64,000 nt of DNA, from the IMG/VR virus record IMGVR_UViG_3300032245_001746, positions 62,001 through 126,000 of that record. One strand, given 5' to 3'. This document shows, piece by piece, positions 58,362-64,000 of this stretch (positions within the stretch are counted from its first letter, which is position 1; the number at the start of each line of letters is the position of its first letter). The notes under the pieces were generated by a model that saw only the letters and a list, made by a program, of their open reading frames with translations, was not told the DNA's origin and searched no databases. A program made the translations under genes and the position numbers.

Positions 58362-59273
58362 TTTGTTAATCATTTTTTCTGGATATTCTTTGTATTTTGA
58401 TATATCAAGAGGTAAATCATCATTTTTTCTTTTACTTCCGAGCAATATTGCGTTTTCATAAAACGATATTGCTCTAATTTTATCTTTAAGATAATAAAAT
58501 ATATCACCTAATAAACACCAAAATTCTGCCATTAATGGCTTTTTGGATATACATTTCATTATGTTGTTATTTGAAGAATTTACATTTTTAAAATAAAATA
58601 GTTCTATCATTGCAACATAATATCTCATCATTAATGATGAATTTGTTTCTTTTTTAGAAACAAACAAATAATGATTAGCTAATTCATAAAATTTTTTATA
58701 ATTTTTATTTTTTAATTCATTAAATGCTTCATAATATAATGGTTCAACATTAAAAGGTTCTTTATTTTTCCATATATTTAATATTTCTTTAATGTTGTTT
58801 ATTTTTTTAATACCTTTTGATACAATTATACTTTCACAATTTATAGCATTTAAATCCTCAATATATTCAAATATTAAATTTTTAAATTTAATATTTTTAT
58901 TACACCACAACCTTGTTTCGTTCATTATTGTGTTGTTTTGTATTATCTTAAATTTATAAGAACTATCTTTTAAAAATAATTTTTCAATATTATTTTTGAA
59001 TAAATATTCATCTGGCTCTAATGTCATTTTCCATTTTGTGGTATAAGATTTTAATCTTTCATTTCTTAAATCAGAATAATCTGAAATAAATTTAAATTCG
59101 TTAACTTTTAAATTAAAATTTTTACATATTTCAATAGTTTTATCAACACTTCCTGTATCTATTATATCAATAGTAGGATTTAGTGGCAATATTGAATTTA
59201 TACACTTTTCAATTGTATCTTCATTATTGTAAGTTATTATTTGAATCGTTAACATTTTTAAATTTTGTTTCAA
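58341..59273 (-). CDS. GT2 glycosyltransferase with TPR-like C-terminus
   Basis: ITYNNEDTIEKCINS, DTGSVDKT, DYSDLRN, EPDE; AEFWCLLGDIFY. Confidence 0.8.
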   Translation of the reverse strand: MKQNLKMLTIQIITYNNEDTIEKCINSILPLNPTIDIIDTGSVDKTIEICKNFNLKVNEFKFISDYSDLRNERLKSYTTKWKMTLEPDEYLFKNNIEKLFLKDSSYKFKIIQNNTIMNETRLWCNKNIKFKNLIFEYIEDLNAINCESIIVSKGIKKINNIKEILNIWKNKEPFNVEPLYYEAFNELKNKNYKKFYELANHYLFVSKKETNSSLMMRYYVAMIELFYFKNVNSSNNNIMKCISKKPLMAEFWCLLGDIFYYLKDKIRAISFYENAILLGSKRKNDDLPLDISKYKEYPEKMINKLNSINI

Positions 59274-59427
59274 TTAAATATTCAAAACCTATAGCATCAT
59301 CTATTCTATTTGTTTTTTTTAAATATTTTAAGTATTCTTCATATCCTTTTTTAATATGAGGTTTCTCTAATATAGTTAGTAATAATTCAGTTTCACTCAT
59401 ACACTATCTTAGTAACAAGGAAATTAA

Positions 59428-59952
59428 ATGTCAACAGAGTATCTAAATAATAAATTGTTAGAAACAGCTATTTGTAATTATTTAAAAACAAGACAACAAA
59501 AAATTAAAATGGAACTTATAATGGAAGATCTTGAAGTTTCATTTAAAAAACGAGAAAAAAATAAATTAAAACAAAATTATAATTTAGAAGAATATAGAAA
59601 AATATTTCTTGAATCAAAAATAAATTACGAAATTCAACAATCAAATTTGGCAAACGCCTTTTACACACTTGCAGAACATTTAGCTAGATATGCTAAAGAT
59701 ATTATTACTGATTCTGATGATGCTATTCAAGAAAGTGTACTAACCTGCTTTGAAAAAATCGATAAATTTCATCCAAATAAAGGAAAAGCTTTTTCTTATT
59801 TTACAAGTGTAATGCTTAATAGTTCTAGACAAATGTACAGATCTTATAAAGGTTATAAATTATTGAAAGAAAGATATAAAGACTTTTTAAATTGCAAAAT
59901 AGGAGAAACTATAATTAAAAATGGAAAAGAAATAAATATTTCTGAAGATTAA
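59428..59952 (+). CDS. gp55-like late sigma factor
   Basis: YLNNK.L, LAE.LA, DDAIQE, KF.P.KGKAFSYFT. Confidence 0.7.
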   Translation: MSTEYLNNKLLETAICNYLKTRQQKIKMELIMEDLEVSFKKREKNKLKQNYNLEEYRKIFLESKINYEIQQSNLANAFYTLAEHLARYAKDIITDSDDAIQESVLTCFEKIDKFHPNKGKAFSYFTSVMLNSSRQMYRSYKGYKLLKERYKDFLNCKIGETIIKNGKEINISED

Positions 59953-59983
59953 TTGCATATAATTAATTATTTAAAGGAGATAC

Positions 59984-60214
59984 ATGTCAAAAAGTCTTAT
60001 AGATGCTATCGATCGACAGGAATTATTGGATAAATTAAATGAAGCTGGATATGGAGATTTAATCGATACTTTGCTTTCAAATGAAAAAAAAGTATATACC
60101 AAAAAAGGTAGATTAAACAAGTCAGGAGCATGCAGATTATTAAAATGTAAAACTAAAGATTTAGAAGAAAAATTAGAAGCATGCAAAGATATACTTAGAC
60201 AGTCACTTGAATAA
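59984..60214 (+). CDS. Hypothetical protein (possible HTH)
   Basis: AAGGAG RBS; YTKKGRLNKSGACRLL. Confidence 0.65.
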   Translation: MSKSLIDAIDRQELLDKLNEAGYGDLIDTLLSNEKKVYTKKGRLNKSGACRLLKCKTKDLEEKLEACKDILRQSLE

Positions 60215-60215
60215 A

Positions 60216-60725
60216 TTAACATTCATCAGAAAGATATGCTCTGGCATATCTTAATGTAACATCACAACTAACAACTTCACTATTTTCCATATCTAAATCA
60301 CCAAAATCTATTTCTAATGGCCAAACGTTTTCAAATATCCAACGTTCAAGTACAGAACCAATACCATCATATAACTCTAAATAAGCGGTTTTAAAAAAAT
60401 TATTATCAACTGGATATATTGAATTTCCACTACATGGATTATAAAGTTTTTTAAACCATTCTAAAACAGGATGTTTGTTTTTTTTCAAATCATATAAAGT
60501 TAAATTAATTGGTTTCATTTCAACTTTACCTGGTATATAAATAGTTTCATTTAAATGTTCTAAAGATATTTCTTTATATGACATTTTAGGTCTTGATGCC
60601 TTGCTAGGTGGCAACGAATCAACACCAGAAGCACTTATGTTTGGAATCATAAATAACCATCTGTGTTTTTGCTTAATACAAATATCACTTTTTTCTAAAC
60701 CATAACCTAAACCCATATTTGGCAT
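60216..60725 (-). CDS. gp19-like tail tube protein (native start ATG 60725)
   Basis: RP, Y.PGK, I.LTLYD, LELYDGIG...W, WP.EIDFGDLD, VTLRY. Confidence 0.85.
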   Translation of the reverse strand: MPNMGLGYGLEKSDICIKQKHRWLFMIPNISASGVDSLPPSKASRPKMSYKEISLEHLNETIYIPGKVEMKPINLTLYDLKKNKHPVLEWFKKLYNPCSGNSIYPVDNNFFKTAYLELYDGIGSVLERWIFENVWPLEIDFGDLDMENSEVVSCDVTLRYARAYLSDEC

Positions 60726-60941
60726 AATATTATTTCCATAAAATCTAGAAAAATACATAAAAATCAACTATAATAAAGCATTAATGAATCAATTAGTTTC
60801 ATAAGAAACAAGACATTAATAATTAATTGTGTTAAAAAAAGTAGTTCCTAATGTTTTTAACAAAGGAATAGAGGGCTTTGTGGTAAATCCAAAAGTAATT
60901 TAAATTTAAATATAATATATTTACATATTTTCTAAAACCAT
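60726..60941 (+). mobile_element. 216-bp non-autonomous derivative of the IS607 element
   Basis: 60841-60941 resembles the IS right end 29902-30001; internal patches TGAATCAATTAGTTTC and GAAACAAGACATTAATA match tnpB; similar left end; CAT at both junctions. Confidence 0.88.
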
Positions 60942-60966
60942 AAATTCCTCACTATTTACTTATAAT

Positions 60967-61001
60967 AGAAAAAGCCAACAAATTATTTGTTGGCTTTTTC
61001 T
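60967..61001. terminator. Intrinsic terminator after upstream tube gene
   Basis: AGAAAAAGCCAACAAAT/ATTTGTTGGCTTTTTCT. Confidence 0.8.
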
Positions 61002-61022
61002 TTAAATTAATTAATTTAAACT

Positions 61023-61652
61023 TTATGCACCAAAATTGTTACCTACGATACCAGTAGGTAACCCACCACCAGTACCACCAGAAGATGTATCTCCGCAAGA
61101 AGAATAACATCCAAATGGAGTATATTCTGGACATAATGATTTATACTGTAAACCTGTATATCTCAAAGTCAATTCAATAGTAGCTGGATCATTAGAATCA
61201 TTAGCTAATTCTCCAAATTTTACAGATTTTGGCCAACAATTTAATAAAATCCATTGTTCTAAAGGTGTACCTGCCGTGTCATACATAACAATAATACCAG
61301 TACCAGAATAATCACTTGCTTTTGAAGCTATAGGCATTCTAACTGGATCATTAAAGTTGTAAACTGATGCTAACCAAGACCATAATGGTCTTTGATCAAT
61401 ACTAGCAACATCATAGTAAGTTACAGTTAATGTGTCTAAAGTTGTTTTTCCTGGAATAAATGTTTTAGCATTCAAGAAATCAATTTGAGTTTCTTCTGTA
61501 TCCCATGATGGTCTGCTTGCCATCTTAACAAAACTTTCACCTATCTTTGTAGTCCCGTTACCAGAACACAAATTTATCACAGAAAAGGTGTAAGCATATT
61601 GTCTTTTATAAATTAGGTTACCAGAACCTAGTTTTCCTATTCCCATATTCAT
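61023..61652 (-). CDS. gp19-like tail tube protein
   Basis: SRPS, FIPGK, VTYYD, MYD..G..LEQW.L..CWPKSVKFGEL, LTLRY; follows sheath. Confidence 0.88.
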   Translation of the reverse strand: MNMGIGKLGSGNLIYKRQYAYTFSVINLCSGNGTTKIGESFVKMASRPSWDTEETQIDFLNAKTFIPGKTTLDTLTVTYYDVASIDQRPLWSWLASVYNFNDPVRMPIASKASDYSGTGIIVMYDTAGTPLEQWILLNCWPKSVKFGELANDSNDPATIELTLRYTGLQYKSLCPEYTPFGCYSSCGDTSSGGTGGGLPTGIVGNNFGA

Positions 61653-61671
61653 AATTTTATTTTCCTTTTAA

Positions 61672-64000
61672 TTAAAATGCTGTTGTATCTTCAGTGAAAG
61701 ATCCTGTTCTATGAACACTAAATTCTATATACATAAATTCAACAGAACGTGTTGGTTGTATTCCGATTCTTGCTCTGAATTCATTTCTGTCTATAACATC
61801 TGGTGTATTTAAAGAAGTGTCAGCTTGTATTTGGAAATCATAAAGACCACGTCCAATTTGTACCTCTCTCAAAATACCAGAAGCAATTTCTTCAAATCCT
61901 CTTCTGAAGTCGTCATCATTTGGTTCAAATAACAAAGATCTGCTTGCAACTCTTATTCTTTTCTCAATTGAGAATAATAATCTTCTAACATTGATTCTAT
62001 CAAGAGCAGTAGGTTTTCTTTGCAATGTCTTTTGACCAAACGCTATAAATCCTGTGTCTACGAATTGAATAATTGGATTGATAGCATTTCTGTTTCCATA
62101 CATTGAATCTCTTTCTTCTAATGTAGGTCTGCTATAAACACCTGTTACTCCTGGCAATTGTCCTCTTGACATACCTGCTGGGGCAAACCAAGGTTCAGAT
62201 AAAGCATCACTTCTTGCAATCATAGCCATTACAGATCCTGATGGTGGAACCCACACATCAATTCTGTTGAAATTATCACGAATCTTGACCCAGGGCCAAT
62301 ACAATGCAGCAAAGTCACTATCAATCTTAGTCGAATTTAAAGGATGTGCTCCATTTTGCCATTTAATTATTTCATTTACGCCTAATCCAAATGGAGGATC
62401 AATAATTGCCAAACAATCCATTCTATAGTTTTGACAAACATCAATTAATCCCAAAACAACACCTGTGCTAGAACGACCAGGAGCAGCAAGTAAGTCGATA
62501 TCAATTTGTTCTGGATCGCTTAATGCGAACAAACCAGTTGAACCAACCACACTTCCGATAACTAAACTATCTTGAAGATCAGGATCAGATGGAATACCAT
62601 CTGTTCCACCACTTAAAGAATAAGTTCCGTTTTTAGGTGGTGCAACTGCTAATGTATTATCAATTGCTGTTATGAAATCTGAATTTCTTATCAAATAAGT
62701 TTCTACATAATATGTACTTGTTTGATCTTTAGTTAAATTACCATGACTTTCAACTTGAATACCATTGTTGTAGACTTCAATTTGAAAAGTTCCTTCTCTA
62801 ACATCATTTTTTACTACAACTTGAGTTGTATTACCATCAATACCAGGACTATCAGCAGTAATTGTTAAACTATTGCTATCTGACACAGCAGAACCAGTTA
62901 CAATTCCTAATTCTTGAATGTTTACATCACCAGTCACGCCTGAAGTTGTAGCTCCAGTAGATGTAGTTCCGTCAAAATCAAATATTTCAAATGCTGTAGA
63001 TTCTGATTTAACCAATATTTTAGCATCTTTTCCACTATGTAATGTGACTAAAGTTACATTATTTGCAGCATAAAGAGCGTGTGTTGTAAGGTTTACTGTT
63101 ACACCATTAATTACAGGTCCATTTGCAACTGATCCACCAACTGCGTAAAATCCGCCCATTATGGTTCCATCAGTGATTTGACTGTTAATTTCATTAACTA
63201 TGTCTGCAGTTGAGTTACTTAATCCTTCTAATGCTTCTAAATCAATTACTTGAACAGTATTATCAATTGCTGCATTTTCGCTACCATCTACTACAACTAA
63301 AAGTTGTAAATTTGAAGCACCAGTAAAATCCCAAGTTCCATCTACAGCATAACCAGTGCTGTATCCAGCAGCACCACTTGTTGTTTCTGCTTGAGTCATT
63401 TCTGTTCCTAAACTTATCATTCCAGAAAGTTTAGAATCTTTTTTAACTACGTGTGAATTACTCCAAGTTCTAGCTGCACCTAAAGTAATCGTATTTGTTG
63501 TGTAATTTACTGAAGTAATACTTGATGAAACGTTGTTTACAGTGATAGAATCGCCAGCGTAAAACATTGAAGCATCTGTAACTATCAAAGTTGTAGAGCT
63601 TGATCCTGAACCAACTGCAGTTGTACTAACTGTACCAGGAACTGCTTTTCCATATAATGAATTTTGAACACTGACTAATTCCAAAGAACTATCTGGTCCA
63701 TAAGAAAAAGTTGTTGAAACTTTTAATTTATTATCAGTTGAGCATGAAAATTCAATTCCGTCTACAGAAGATGATAATTGATCATTTAATTCTTCTACAA
63801 GTTCTGAACAAGTATATTTTCCAGCAGGAACTAACAATGTTTTAACAGATTCAATTCCGTTAAGTTTCCATTTAAAAAATGCATCAACATCAAAAACATA
63901 ACTTCCAGCAACGTTTGATTGTAAAACAATCGAAGCTCCAGCAACTGGAACATTCACAGATGCTGTTTTTGCAGCTTCATCATTTACAGAATTTGTTTCT
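61672..64000 (-). CDS. gp18-like contractile tail sheath protein (5' end outside window)
   Basis: AALYWPW, VPPSG, PWFAPAG..RG, INPI, FGQKTL, DRINVRRL, FEPND; frame open to the window edge. Confidence 0.93.
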   Translation of the reverse strand, partial: ETNSVNDEAAKTASVNVPVAGASIVLQSNVAGSYVFDVDAFFKWKLNGIESVKTLLVPAGKYTCSELVEELNDQLSSSVDGIEFSCSTDNKLKVSTTFSYGPDSSLELVSVQNSLYGKAVPGTVSTTAVGSGSSSTTLIVTDASMFYAGDSITVNNVSSSITSVNYTTNTITLGAARTWSNSHVVKKDSKLSGMISLGTEMTQAETTSGAAGYSTGYAVDGTWDFTGASNLQLLVVVDGSENAAIDNTVQVIDLEALEGLSNSTADIVNEINSQITDGTIMGGFYAVGGSVANGPVINGVTVNLTTHALYAANNVTLVTLHSGKDAKILVKSESTAFEIFDFDGTTSTGATTSGVTGDVNIQELGIVTGSAVSDSNSLTITADSPGIDGNTTQVVVKNDVREGTFQIEVYNNGIQVESHGNLTKDQTSTYYVETYLIRNSDFITAIDNTLAVAPPKNGTYSLSGGTDGIPSDPDLQDSLVIGSVVGSTGLFALSDPEQIDIDLLAAPGRSSTGVVLGLIDVCQNYRMDCLAIIDPPFGLGVNEIIKWQNGAHPLNSTKIDSDFAALYWPWVKIRDNFNRIDVWVPPSGSVMAMIARSDALSEPWFAPAGMSRGQLPGVTGVYSRPTLEERDSMYGNRNAINPIIQFVDTGFIAFGQKTLQRKPTALDRINVRRLLFSIEKRIRVASRSLLFEPNDDDFRRGFEEIASGILREVQIGRGLYDFQIQADTSLNTPDVIDRNEFRARIGIQPTRSVEFMYIEFSVHRTGSFTEDTTAF

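Noticed and set aside
2904-60222. Other short opposite-strand ORFs in the track (e.g. 2904, 6089, 7614, 15889, 26277, 47669, 48389, 50376, 52761, 59971)
   Set aside because: Nested antisense to well-supported genes and lacking motifs.
60726-60767. N-terminal extension MIFMYFSRFYGNNI on the tube ORF
   Set aside because: Derived from the left end of the miniature IS; native start is 60725.
1-64000. CRISPR array; stop-codon recoding
   Set aside because: No regularly spaced repeats seen; conserved genes are intact in the standard code, TAG and TGA both end genes, and no suppressor tRNA is present.

Overview
AT-rich segment of a large T4-like (myovirus) phage genome in the standard genetic code. 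It carries replication/recombination genes (intein-containing RecA/UvsX, gp32-like SSB, UvsY, DnaB/gp41 helicase, a short family A polymerase, UvsW, gp47/gp46, UvrD-like helicase), nucleotide metabolism (NrdA fractured by a split intein around a GIY-YIG endonuclease, NrdB, PyrG), SmpB, a gp55-like sigma factor, several glycosyltransferases, a Tat-exported DUF1501 protein (suggesting a Planctomycetota/PVC host) and tail genes. The main finding is a tRNA array (20485-22879) that encodes only Tyr, Ser, Phe and Leu tRNAs. Directly upstream are a promoter, an unannotated 26-codon leader peptide whose codons 2-16 are exclusively Ser/Tyr/Leu/Phe, and mutually exclusive antiterminator/terminator hairpins. 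This looks like a ribosome-stalling attenuator that turns on the phage tRNAs when those same tRNAs are depleted. Other findings: an IS607 (TnpA+TnpB) splitting a DUF4326 gene, a 216-bp miniature copy inserted exactly at the start codon of a tail-tube gene, a -1 frameshift candidate in a gp26/gp51-like pair, a shared capsid-targeting-like N-terminal motif, duplicated three-gene cassettes and two structured non-coding regions. All calls are from manual reading; no searches or folding programs were run.
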